This document shows positions 52,342 through 64,000 of a DNA stretch of 64,000 nt, piece by piece. The notes under the pieces were generated by a model. That model was given only the letters and a program-made list of their open reading frames with translations, was not told where the DNA came from and searched no databases. A program made the translations under genes and the position numbers. The DNA is from Octopus sinensis (Eukaryota): positions 10,478,001 through 10,542,000 of the forward strand of contig NC_043005.1 of NCBI RefSeq assembly GCF_006345805.1, given 5' to 3'. Position 1 is the first letter of the stretch. Every line of letters starts with the position of its first letter.

Positions 52342-52684
52342 ATTACGGAGGTGTACTTGCATAGCAAGTGATTTGATCTGAGATCGTGTGCTGGAACGAA
52401 AACAATTGCAGTGTGGAAGGTGTTTGTAAGCCATTTAAGAAACACACAAAAACCGTTAGATTCACTTCAACATTTAAATTTGATTTACCAAAATATTTCC
52501 GTCGCTAAAATCCGCGACCTGTTCACTGACAAAAATCCATGCAGCACGGATTTTTGTCAGTGAACAGGTCGCGGATTTTAGCGACGAAAATATTTTGACA
52601 AATTAAACTTAAATGTTGAAGTGAATCAAACGGCTTTTGTGTGTTTCTTAAATGGCTTACAAACACCTTCCACGCTGCAATTGT
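52342..52684. mobile_element. Penelope-like fold-back insertion: unique leader + 285-bp palindrome, 13-bp TSD
   Basis: Arms 52401-52542 and 52544-52685 with a 1-nt centre. TSD tagtcatatagga at 52329-52341 and 52685-52697. Confidence 0.85.
52553..52602 (+). ncRNA. Minimal type I hammerhead ribozyme motif with G3:C8 swapped core
   Basis: UUUGUCA-GUGAACA-G-GUCGC(GGAUUUUA)GCGAC-GAA-AAUAUU-U-UGACAAA. Stem I is 7 perfect bp, stem II 5 perfect bp, and stem III a 6-nt palindrome. A mutated mirror copy lies on the minus strand at 52484-52533. Confidence 0.75.
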
Positions 52685-53207
52685 TAGTCATATAGGAGTT
52701 TTTGTTGTAACCAAGTAGAAAGAACTTCAATAGGACATGATAAATAGATGAAGTGAAGGTTTCCTTATGTTCTGAAAAGGAAGCCCAATGTGTGTTGTAT
52801 TTGAGGTAACCAGTATAATGTGAACTGGTATGCAATGATTCACTGAATGCTCTTATTGAGCAGATCTCTGCTCATTAAATGCATTTAAGCCCTTTTCTGT
52901 TTTAAAGCAGTAGGTTGCAATTTAAAAGAGATTTCATTGCTATTTCTTTGAGATTCAGCAACAATGCTGAAACTTTGGTTTAAATAGTAGTTGGTTGTGA
53001 TGTTCTGTCTTTAAGTTATTTAATTAGGTTTGATTATCAAACTTTTGATAGGTTAAAAACTCCTTGGATGAAAAATAGCTGAATGCTACTTGCTGGACTC
53101 AAGCCACGGTTCTTCTGTAACACATACGGATATGCTACCAATTACACTAAAACAGCCTACCTTTTTGTTTCTATTAAATCTAATAATTTAATCTTACCAG
53201 TGAAAAT

Positions 53208-53623
53208 GTTTTACTCTTTTACTTGTTTCAGTCATTTGACTGCAACCATGCTGGAGCACTGCCCTTAGTCGAACAAATCAACCCCAGGGCTTATTCTTTG
53301 TAAGCCTAGTACTTATTCTATCGGTCTCTTTTGCCGAGCCACTAAGTTACGGGGACATAAACACACTAGCATTGGTTGTCAAGCGATGGTGGTGGGGACA
53401 AACACAGACACACAAGCATACATGCACGCGCACATGCATACACAAACACACACTCACATACAATGGGCTTCTTTCAGTCTCCGTCTACCAAATCCACCCA
53501 CAAGGCTTCAGTAGGCCCGAGGCAATAGTAGAAGACACTTGCCCAAAGTGCCTCACAGTGGGACTGAACCTGGAACCATGTGGTTGGTAAGCAGCTAATT
53601 ACCCACATAGCCATTCCTGCACC
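53208..53623 (-). mobile_element. SINE family A, diverged full length
   Basis: Reverse complement of the consensus. An older plus-strand relative follows at about 53660-54040. Confidence 0.85.
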
Positions 53624-54572
53624 TATGCACAAAGTATCAACACATGTGTACAGTTTGTAACTTTTGAACCATATGGTTTCTGGTTCAGTCTCATTGTGCA
53701 GCACCTTGGGAAATTAAATCTTCTACTACAGCATGGGGCCAAGAAATGCCTTGTGAGTGAATTTGGCTGACAGAAACTGTGGAAGCCTGTTGTATGTATA
53801 CATGTGTGTGTGTGTGTGTTTGTCTGTGTGTGTTATAAATGTCTGTGTGTCTTGGTGTTTGTCTCCCTCCCAGTCAGTGTTCACTTACCTATGTTCCTGT
53901 AACTTAATAATTTGGCAAGAGAGACCAATAGAATAGTTATCAGACTTTAAAGATACTGTTGCAGTCAATTTGTTCAACTAAGCTCTTCAAGGCAGAGCCC
54001 CAGCATGACTATAGTCTAGTGACTGAAATAAGTAAAAGGCAAAGGGTTTTTGAAACAGAACAGATCACCTCTTGTAACAACATACAAACCTATCTTATTT
54101 TAGGAATTGAACTGGCTAGCTAGGAAACTACTATTTACAATTTTTTTTTAAATAATCACAAAATCGTTTTTGTCTCTGACACTAGTGATATCGTGAAAAA
54201 AAAAACAATTGTAATTGTTAAGACATTTAATTGAGATTTTTAATGCATGATGGATAAGGTATTTATCATGAGAGGCCAATAGACAGTATTCGGTGAAAGA
54301 TCCAGGGACAGATGGATGGGTCAACCAAATAGTATAAAGCTAAGCATCACAGATATCACACAGTCAAGTGGCAGATTAATACATTCGCATTGTTGTAAAG
54401 GACAAACTAGTAGTGATAGATGAGTAATGTATCACATCTGAATCAATGTTACCATTTAATGATCTCTGTCAAGATTTTTGACATAGAAACAAGACCACAT
54501 ACATTTTTTGGGGGTGGTTTTTTTGGATGAGAGAAGTATAATTGATTACATCATCCCAGTACATATGGTAGT

Positions 54573-54952
54573 GGAGGCGCAATGGCCCAGTGGTTAGGGC
54601 AGCGGACTCGCGGTCATAGGATCGCGGTTTCGATTCCCAGACCGGGCGTTGTGAGTGTTTATTGAGCGAAAACACCTAAAGCTCCACGAGGCTCTGGCAG
54701 GGGATGGTGGTGATCCCTGCTGTACTCTTTCACCACAACTTTCTCTCACCCTTACTTCCCGTTTCTGTTGTACCCGTATTTCAAAGGGCCGGCCTTGTCA
54801 CTCTCTGTGTCACGCTGAATATCCCCGAGAACTACGTTAAGGGTACACGTGTCTGTGGAGTGCTCAGCCACTTACACGTTAATTTCACGAGCAGGCTGTT
54901 CCGTTGATCGGATCAACCGGAACCCTCGTCGTCGTAACCGACGGAGTGCTTC
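54573..54952 (+). mobile_element. SINE family C, full length with about 18-bp imperfect TSD
   Basis: Flanks cccagtacatatggtagt / ccaagtacatatggttagt. Confidence 0.9.
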
Positions 54953-57210
54953 CCAAGTACATATGGTTAGTACTTTATTTTATTGCCCCCTCTTGCCTGT
55001 GGAATTTGAACTTATACCATAAAGTACTGCAGTTGGCTTAATTGACCATAGTGTTTACATCGAAATATGTGATGTTATTGCCTATGCATAAAAAAAAATT
55101 ATTACTTCAGTAAATAATGAAAGAACAGTTTAATGTGCAGATACTAATTTACAAGCCAAGCTTTGGATCAATTACCAAATACATCGATAAATTTACTAAT
55201 GAAGCATCCATGAGTTTGAAGTAACCATGAAGTTAGATTGTCAAATTATTGTAGTCAATATATCACAGAATTATAACTGTCAATTTATTTGGATAAAAAT
55301 ATTAAAAGATTGTAAGTTATTTTAATATAAATTAATTTTTTGCCCAATTATGTTTATTATTTCAATAATATAAAAGCATTTTTATAAATATTAACTAAAA
55401 ATTTAAAAAAAAACAGTCATTCATATTGCTTTGTTGTTATATGCTAGACAGGCTCCACAAAGTATAAGTTGTAGGTTCAATATCACTTTATGGCAAAAAT
55501 AGCTTGTAAATTTTTGGTTGAAACATTCTGATTTGATATACTAAGTCTAAACGTGTAACTAAGTTTAATAATAATTTACAACTAAATTAGAAGGAAATTG
55601 CCATTATGTGTTTTTTACTGTGAAGTAACTTATTTAAGAAAATAAAGAAGAAACTAAACATTGTAATATATTTCTGAAACCTTATTGCCTTTATTTTCAT
55701 CCCATCTGTTTAGTTGAGGGAGCTATGATAATGAGGGAGCTATGATAATGAATATATAGCTATAAATCTATTGGTAGTATTTGAGAAAAGAAATCACTCA
55801 GAGATGCTATCCACCTGAAAATCAATGGTTTAGTTAGTGTTAATATAATTAGTGTGTCCACATTTAACTATGGTTTATGCACACTAACTTAAATATATTA
55901 ATCACATATGTAGACTAAAGTAACTATTGTTTTTCATGGCATCTCTAAGTTACTTATCCTTTAAATAATTCTACTTTTCTATGCGAACCAATCTTGTAGA
56001 CTTAATGATTCTCCTGTAACTACTTCAGCAAATTGGTTAAGTCTGTACTTCACTGATGAGTTTATAATATTCAAACATACATGTAGTTATTTCCCTTACT
56101 TGATACACTATTTAAAATATTATTTAGTTATTAAATAAAATTATTTTTTCCTCATTGCTTAATTATTTCCAGCTCGAGTCAAAATTGTTCTGTCCATAAA
56201 TTATTCCAAAGTAGATTAGATCTAAGCCACATTGACGCCATTTATTATTCAGAGACTGATGCCAAGTTATAATTTTCAGAGTTTTGTTAACTAAGTTGTT
56301 ATCAACTAAATATTATATCCATTGTTAGTTTTATTTCTTTTAGGTTGTCAATACTTAATGGTTATTTTTATAACAAATGTATTGATTGGAATTATAAAAT
56401 ATTTAACTCACTTTTCTAATTAAAAAATGTAATGAACCAATTTTTCACATGAATATTTCATAATAAAGACTTAAAAACCTTTTATACGTTTGGCCAAACA
56501 AGCTTTACAGATTCTAGATCTGTATTAGAGACATGATCAACAATTAAAAAAAGAAAATCCTTTTAAAAATTCTGCAATCTATTTTTGTTGCAAATGGATC
56601 TTTCCATTTTTATAAACATCAAGTATAATTCGAGAGAAATGTTGCTGCTACTTTTAGTAGATGGAGTAACATGGGAAAAGTTTAATGACTGGTTAGTTGA
56701 ATCAGTTTAAGGACTGGAAATCTAAAATATAATCAGATACTCTCTCATGTTTTTTACAATGTAGGGCCACTCTAGAAATAGCAGCCAAATCTCTTTCAAA
56801 TCACATCTACCATTTAAAATCTGAAGGAAGGAAACATTGGATATTTGTTCTACATGCATTTGTGTTCAACAAAAATATTAGCAGCTACTCACAGCTGGAA
56901 TGTTTTGTTATAGGTTTACCCTATCAGGGTTGAACTAAAAGACAACATCAACAATTGAGGTTTTACAACTGAAACTAAATTGTGTCATGGCTCTGTTTTA
57001 TGTAATAACTAACTGCAAAATGGATTCTCGTGAGAGAAAATCAAGCAATGAACATAAGTAGTGGACTTCCCTTTTCTTATTATCTTGTAGATGTGTGTTT
57101 TTATGACAACTTCATGAATGTGTTGCCTTAGGCTAAATACATACCATGAGATTAGATACCATATCATCTTCTCCAAATCAATATATGTGTGTATGTGCGT
57201 GTGTGTCTCC

Positions 57211-57245
<35 letters not shown>

Positions 57246-58753
57246 ACCTATATTGGCTTCTAGCATCATATTTCTGACAGTTGAGATAGTCTGGAATTTA
57301 CTGAATCATTGGTGATATTTACAGATGTCCTAAACATTTAGATAGGTTTCTTTGATATCCTACATGGCTATATAGGATTGTTGACTCAATAGGATTCATG
57401 ATAATGCATATCACATGTATTGTATATTTCATTTTAAATAGGCTCTGTGTTATAATAAAGAAGCTTTGATGTAAGCTCAGCCAATAATGTATACTCTAGG
57501 CTTTATGGTGGACATTTTTTTTTTGTTTTTGTTTTTTTTACTGGGAATGAAACATGGGCAACTTGGTAAATTTTGTATATTGCTATGCAATTATTTTAAA
57601 AATCTCAAACAACATGACTCATTATATTGGGCCATATTTGATGTTAATAAAAAAAAAAAACATGTAATTTATATACAAAGATTTAAAGTAAATAACTACT
57701 AACATGAAATGAATCCTTCTATTTGATGACATAAAATATGAGAATTTGTTTTAGAAACCATCATTAGATGAAAATTAAATAAATAGTAATTTAAATTACT
57801 CTACCATATAGTTAACTCAATGATGAGGTCAGTTTACATGCCATTGTCACTTCTTACCATAAAGACATTAAAATTGCTTATATAGTTTTTTTTTTTATTC
57901 TTTATAAAGTTGCAGTGAATTTAGATACAGAAATAATGTGTTGTTCAAATATATCTCACCTTAATTATTGGCTGTCATCATAGAGAGAAGCTCAGATCAA
58001 AACCAATTAGATATCAAAGAACTTTGTTGAAGTCATTTCTAAATTTGTTGATATGTTTATAAACCAAAATTTTGAACAGTAAAAACCGAATGAAATCTGA
58101 TTTGTGTATCCAATGCTTCTGTTGACAATATTCTTCACTTAACTCTAATATTCAACACTAATAATTTTCCATATTAAATGTTGTGTTCTGCTCGCAAAGC
58201 TACACACACATATACCTTGACATGGCAAATATTTGTGAAGAAATCATTATACTAAGGTTTCCTTCCATTGGCCAATCTCCACCATACAGCTGCATATATA
58301 TATATGCTGAATGTGCAAGTTGGGAGTAAATTTTTTTGAGTAATACTCCTAGCAACCCATGCATACAAGGCTTCCTTCTCCTTGACATTGATGCTTATCC
58401 AAGGAAAAAGCTTCTAACTTAAACTGATACAGTTTGGCTGGAACAGATACTGGAAAATATCTCACATGATCCTTTGACAGTTCTGCTGATCTATTAACCC
58501 AGATTGGTACTTTCTTTTATGGACTCTGAAAGGGTGAGAGGCGAAGTTTACTTTGTGGGATTTACACTCTGAGTATAAAGAGTTTGAACAGATATTTATC
58601 CAATGCTCAGATGATTCAAACAGTTTTACTGAGTCACATATATATTATTATATAAACACAATATTAGATACCTACATATTGAACTCATTTGTTTTCATAT
58701 TTCATGTTGTTTACTGCTGGTGATGTCCTGTACCCATATATGCATGCATGTAT

Positions 58754-58799
<46 letters not shown>

Positions 58800-58815
58800 G
58801 TATATATATATATAT

Positions 58816-59480
58816 GAGGGAACCCATGGAAGAGGTAGACCCAGGAAAACCTGGGACGAGGTGGTGAAGCACGACCTTCGAACTTTAGGCCTCACTGAGG
58901 AAATGACCAGCGACCGAGACCTTTGGAAATATTCTGTACGTGAGAAGACCAGACAGGACAAGTGAGCCCAGCCCACTTATGAATGCCTTTCCTCCCTTGG
59001 ACACAAAGACCTGTTGAGGCAAGCGAAGTCGATATAGAACCTCATCCGACGACAGGCACCCATGCCAACCCCCTTTTGCTTGCGAAGACATGTTGGGGAA
59101 AGCGAAATCGAAATCGAAGTCAAAATCGAATTGAACCAGCCAGGATCCCTGGTCTGGTGGTACGTAAAAAGCACCATCCGACTCGTAGCCGATGCCAGCA
59201 CCGCCTCGTCTGGCTTCCGTGCTGGTGGCACATAAAATACACCAATCCGACCGTGGCCATTGCCAGCCTCACCTGGCACCTGTGCAGGTGGCACGTAAAA
59301 AGCACCCACTACACTCACGGAGTGGTTGGCGTTAGGAAGGGCATCCAGCTGTAGAAACACTGCCAGATAAGACTGGAGCCTGGTGCAGCCTTCTGGCTTC
59401 CCAGATCCCCGGTCGAACCGTCCAACCCATGCTAGCATGGAGAACGGACGTTAAACGACGATGATGATGATGATGATGAT
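58816..59480 (+). mobile_element. RTE LINE 3' end including the last 49 codons of the ORF, 3' UTR and (GAT)n tail
   Basis: 58816-58965 translates EGTHGRGRPRKTWDEVVKHDLRTLGLTEEMTSDRDLWKYSVREKTRQDK*, with the RTE GRPRKTW..DR..W motif. This anchors the identity of all (CAT)n/(GAT)n-tailed copies. Confidence 0.92.
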
Positions 59481-59635
59481 ATATATATATATATATATAT
59501 GTATGTATATATATGTATATATGTATATATATATATGTGCATATATGTATATATATATGTGCATATATGTATATATATATGTGCATATATGTATATATAT
59601 ATATGTGCATATATGTATATATATATGTGTGTGTA

Positions 59636-59692
<57 letters not shown>

Positions 59693-59890
59693 ATATATGT
59701 ATGTATATATATATGTGCATATATATGTGTCCTATTTTCCATTTGTTTCTCTCATTGTTTGCATGGTGAACTCATTTGTTTTCGTAGTTAATGTTGTTTA
59801 CTGCTGGTGACATCCTGTACCCATATATGCATGTGTATATATATGTATATGTGTGTGTGCATATATATGTATGTGTGCATATATATATAT

Positions 59891-60158
59891 GCCTGGCCCC
59901 CGTGCCGGTGGCATGTAAAAAGCACTCTCCGTCCGTGGCCGTTTTCCAGCTCCGTCTGGCACCTGTGCGGGTGGCACGTAAAAAGCACCCACTACACTCA
60001 CGGAGTGGTTGGCGTTAGGAAGGGCATCCAGCCGTAGAAACACTGCCAGATCAGACTGGGCCTGATGCAGCCTTCTGGCTTCACAGACCCCAGCTGAACC
60101 GTCCAACCCATGCTAGCCGGAAAGCGGATGCTAAATGATGATGATGATGATGATGATG
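59891..60158 (+). mobile_element. RTE 3' end with (GAT)n tail
   Basis: Same family. Ends a few bases before the Tc1/mariner TIR. Confidence 0.9.
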
Positions 60159-60164
60159 TATATA

Positions 60165-60913
60165 CAGGGTGCGTAAGATATTTGAGGACAGATTTATGCT
60201 TATAAAAAAAAAACTGATATATAATAACAGGTAATAGCTTCATCAAAAAATGCTATGAGGATAAAAATAAACCTTCTTTTCTATAATGCTATTCAATAAA
60301 GCCACCTGTCATTTCTTCTGTTAACATTTTGATCTTGGTCAAAGTTTTTCTCGTTTGAGAAAAACCAAACTGAATCTTCTGCTGGATTTTTCAGTTTATT
60401 TAAGAGCCTTTTAGATCTGATGTAGTGATTTTCTTTTGCTTTTTCTGACAAATTGACCTTTCCTCATCATATAAGACTTATATCTCATGTCTTCATCGAC
60501 AACATTTCTGACTGTTCCTTCCGACACATGGAGTTCTTTTGCAATTGACCTCATGGACTTTCTGGGATTGTAATCAATGGTCTGTTGAACTTGCTAGATA
60601 AATTCAGGTGTTCTGATGGTTTCAGATCATTTAGAATACTTTTCATACTTTGATACTAGTGATACATTTCCATCTTCAGTCTCTAGCTCCTCACAAACAT
60701 TGTAGCCGAAAGATCTGGCAACTTTTAAAAATTGAGATATTTCTAAATTACTATGCTCAGCGTTTATAACCACAATAACAGCGTGCCTCTCAATTTCCTG
60801 ACTAAGTTGAGGGTCTACCATTATTATTTTCTGAAACAAAGATTATGCAGAGTTAGCAAAAAATGCAGCAATGACCCAAAAAAGGTATATTCTCAAATAC
60901 CTTACGCACCCTG
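60165..60913 (-). mobile_element. Internally deleted Tc1/mariner transposon (maT/DD37D-like)
   Basis: TA-flanked 22-bp TIRs cagggtgcgtaagatatttgag / ctcaaataccttacgcaccctg. The minus strand gives NPRKSMRSIAKELHVSEGTVRNVVDEDMRYKSY and WFFSNEKNFDQDQNVNRRNDRWL. The C-terminal DDD part is missing. Confidence 0.88.
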
Positions 60914-62037
60914 TATATAAACTGAAAATGTTTCATAAAATATTAGCTAGTCACACTTAGAAACTTAACTTACCCATTTCATTTGTCTTACTGCATACAT
61001 ATACATGCATCAGTCTGGGTGTGTATATATGTGTGTAAATGTCCATATATAAATGCAGGCATAGCTATGTGATTAAGTTTCCCACTCTCATGGTTTCAGT
61101 TTCAATCCTACTGCATGGTTCCTTGGGTGACTGTTTTGTACTATAGCATTAGGTCAACCAATACTTTGTGAGTGGATTTAGTAAACAGAAACCGAAAAAA
61201 GCTTGTGTGTGTCCATATTTCGGCATTGTACAATGATTGCTTATGAACCAGTCTCTGCTAATCCTGGTCAATATAAACCTGGGAACAGAAGTAGCTAAGA
61301 GATGGTTTCAAATTACTCAAGAGCCTGTAACTCCCAAACCAGGTTACTCTCATGTGCTACTGGTAACATGTAACCCAATACAATCTTTTGCATGATTGGG
61401 ACATCAGTGACTAAAATGGCAATCCCACCAAAGTCACTTGGTAAAGAGGATGATTTTTTTGGATGCCCTGCAGAATGCAAAACAAAACCCATCTAAGGGT
61501 GAAGGAACTCATATGAGTTTCTTCACATTTTAATGGGTTGATAGGGTTCTTTAGTCATATTAAGATAGCCTGTCTAAGAGACTGTGTAGCCTGGCACATG
61601 CAGTACCAAAGAGATCAAAACCCACAGCAATAAAACATGTGGCCTCCATAATCATTCAGTCATCTTTTGCATGGCACTAGATATTACATTTTGAAGAAGA
61701 AGAGGGTACTGTACATGTCATACAAGTATGCAGCATTGTGATTAAAATGTAGAGCTATCTCTCCAAGTGTCATTGCAATGTGTAGTGTAAAGAAGTGATA
61801 CATAATTGTTGTAAAGCATTTGAGATACAGAGAATCAAACTATCCATCTCGAAATGAACATTTTGTAAACAAGACTTGACTTCAATCCGAGAAATTTTTC
61901 TGTCTGAAAATGTTTGTAACATCTGTAGTTGGGTCTGTTTGTCCATGACACCTCATTTGATTAGCAAGCCATGTGAGATCTCATTATGGTATTTTGCTCA
62001 TTGAAGAGATGGCCTTCTTCTGTCACCATGTAGACAC

Positions 62038-62109
<72 letters not shown>

Positions 62110-62354
62110 ACACACATACATACATATATGTATACATTGTTTGTTTTTATGTTGAGGTATAATGAAAACAGTTTTATATTAAACTAAAGGATTACACAAT
62201 ACTTTTTGTAGAGAACATTTTTATTATGCTTTAACAAGAATAATGTTGACAGTAACTTAAAATTTTCAGCCTGGTTAGCCCTCATCAGCGAAGGCTAAGC
62301 TGGCTGAAACTTCTCAGTTACTATCAACGTTATTATGAAAGAATGCCATATATA

Positions 62355-62748
62355 GGCGCAGGAGTGGCTGTGTGGTAAGTAGCTTGCTAACCAACTACAT
62401 GGTTCTGGGTTCAGTCCCACTGCGTGACATCTTGGGCAACTGTCTTCTGCTATAGCCCCGGGCCGACCAATGCCTTGTGAGTGGATTTGGTAGACGGAAA
62501 CTTAAAGAAGCCTGTCGTATATATGTATATATATATGTGTGTGTGTGTGTGTTTGTGTGTCTGTGTTTGTCCCCCTAGCATCGCTTGACAACTGATGCTG
62601 GTGTGTTTATGTCCCCGTCCCTTGGTGGTTCGGCAAAAAGAGACCGATAGAATAAGTCCCGGGGTCGATTTGCTCGACTAAAGGCGGTGCTCCAGCATAG
62701 CCGCAGTCAAATGACTGAAACAAGTAAAAGTAAAAGTAAAAGTAAAGT
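62355..62748 (+). mobile_element. SINE family A, full length
   Basis: Matches the consensus, with a (taaaag)n tail. Confidence 0.9.
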
Positions 62749-63785
62749 ATATACATATATATATGCATGTGTGTATGTTCTAAATTTGTTTGTAGTTTAT
62801 GATTGATTCTACAGGCAAAAACTTGTTGATCTTTAAGATTAGGTTTATTGGTTGTTTATTGTTAGACTAGTTCAACTTTGATATGAAAGTAATCTATATA
62901 TCTTGAAACCCCAAAATGATTAATTCATTCTTTAATTTAGAAACTATATACATTTTAACTGTAGTGTTCATATATTTGAGAAAAATATATTTTCAAAACT
63001 TTCAGCCTTTATTCCGGTTATAACATTTTATAATGTTTCCAAACAGGTTTTTTTAAGCCCATAAAAAATTTTTTAATGAAAATAAATCTTGGAAAAATAC
63101 TGTATTGGAAATGTAACCTAGGTGATAGTTCTTAAACATCAGAAAGCAAATGCTTTATTTTTCAGTTAGCAAGGAGAAAATAACTTCTTTTTTATATATG
63201 GCTTCAAATTTAACTGGTAAACCAACCAATATAAAGTAACATAAATTTAGGTCTTGACACTATAAATATGAAGTTATTAAAAGTTAATTATTATAACTGG
63301 TAAATCATTACATAAGACTTTAACACTGAACTATTCTGTGCTTCATAATGCTAATATGATGGTAATGTTAGTTAATAAAATATGAAGTTCACAAAATACT
63401 ACATTATACTATACTCAATATTAATTTATTCAGCATAATCTAATATTGAACAGTAATGAATTATAATGTAATAAATATTAATATTGTATATATTTAACAA
63501 TGTATATATGTATGCGTGTGCTTGTGTGTTGTTCATTTAATGTCCATTTTTCCATGCTAGCATGGCTTGGATGGGAATTGATTCTGTGATAGGATTTTTA
63601 GTGCCTTATTCTCTTCCTCTTGCCATCTCTCATATGTTTTTTAGGTAAGGGATTTTTGTAGTCCCACAGGTAATTGAAAGTATGGAGTGACTGGTCATAA
63701 TGTCAACACAGATAGAAACACCATGACTGTTTCCATCAAATGGTGACAAAGGAACCATTGACATAGATAATTGCTTATTATTCCT

Positions 63786-64000
63786 TGTTGGGGCAAGCGA
63801 AATCGAAATCGAAATCGAATTGAACCAGCCAGGATCCCTGGTCTGGTGGTACGTAAAAAGCACCATCCGACTCGTGGCCGATGCCAGCACCGCCTCGACT
63901 GGCTTCCGTGCCGGTGGCACATAAAATACACCAATCCGACCGTGGCCGTTGCCAGCCTTGCCTGGCACCTGTGCAGGTGGCACGTAAAAAGCACCCACTA
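63786..64000 (+). mobile_element. RTE 3' UTR, cut by the window end
   Basis: Aligns with about 59090-59310. Confidence 0.9.

Noticed and set aside
61240-61810. Possible decayed RTE 5' UTR / ORF start
   Set aside because: Only a vague resemblance to the endonuclease N-terminus; too degenerate to call without alignment.

Overview
AT-rich eukaryotic genomic DNA dominated by repeats. The extreme (TA)n/(TG)n/(CAT)n load and the tRNA-derived SINE families suggest a cephalopod, probably Octopus (inference, not a database result). No confidently identifiable host protein-coding gene is present. Nearly all listed ORFs are artefacts of microsatellites or of recurring SINE and LINE-tail sequence. Real coding remnants are all transposon-derived: two decayed RTE-clade LINE bodies (7.9-9.9 kb minus, 18.3-19.7 kb plus), three CR1-group LINE 3' ends, an internally deleted Ty3/Gypsy element with a gag remnant (20.4-21.7 kb), and an internally deleted maT/DD37D-like Tc1/mariner element (60.2-60.9 kb). 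Non-coding mobile elements include about 14 copies of one microsatellite-containing SINE (family A), about 10 5'-truncated RTE 3' ends with (GAT)n tails, several other SINE families, a piggyBac-like MITE and a Helitron-like element. The most interesting signal is a set of minimal type I hammerhead ribozyme motifs in unrelated Penelope-like inverted-repeat elements. They share one architecture (extra nucleotide after A9, palindromic stem III, U at position 17) but have different catalytic cores: canonical CUGAAGA at 17.8 and 18.06 kb, in an element that also carries a tRNA-like Pol III head; U4C CCGACGA at 5.4 kb; and a G3:C8-swapped GUGAACA at 52.56 kb inside a 285-bp palindrome with a 13-bp TSD. 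Other notable items are a 22-bp-phased palindrome array at 39.7 kb next to a candidate minus-strand exon and several tandem duplications with visible origins.
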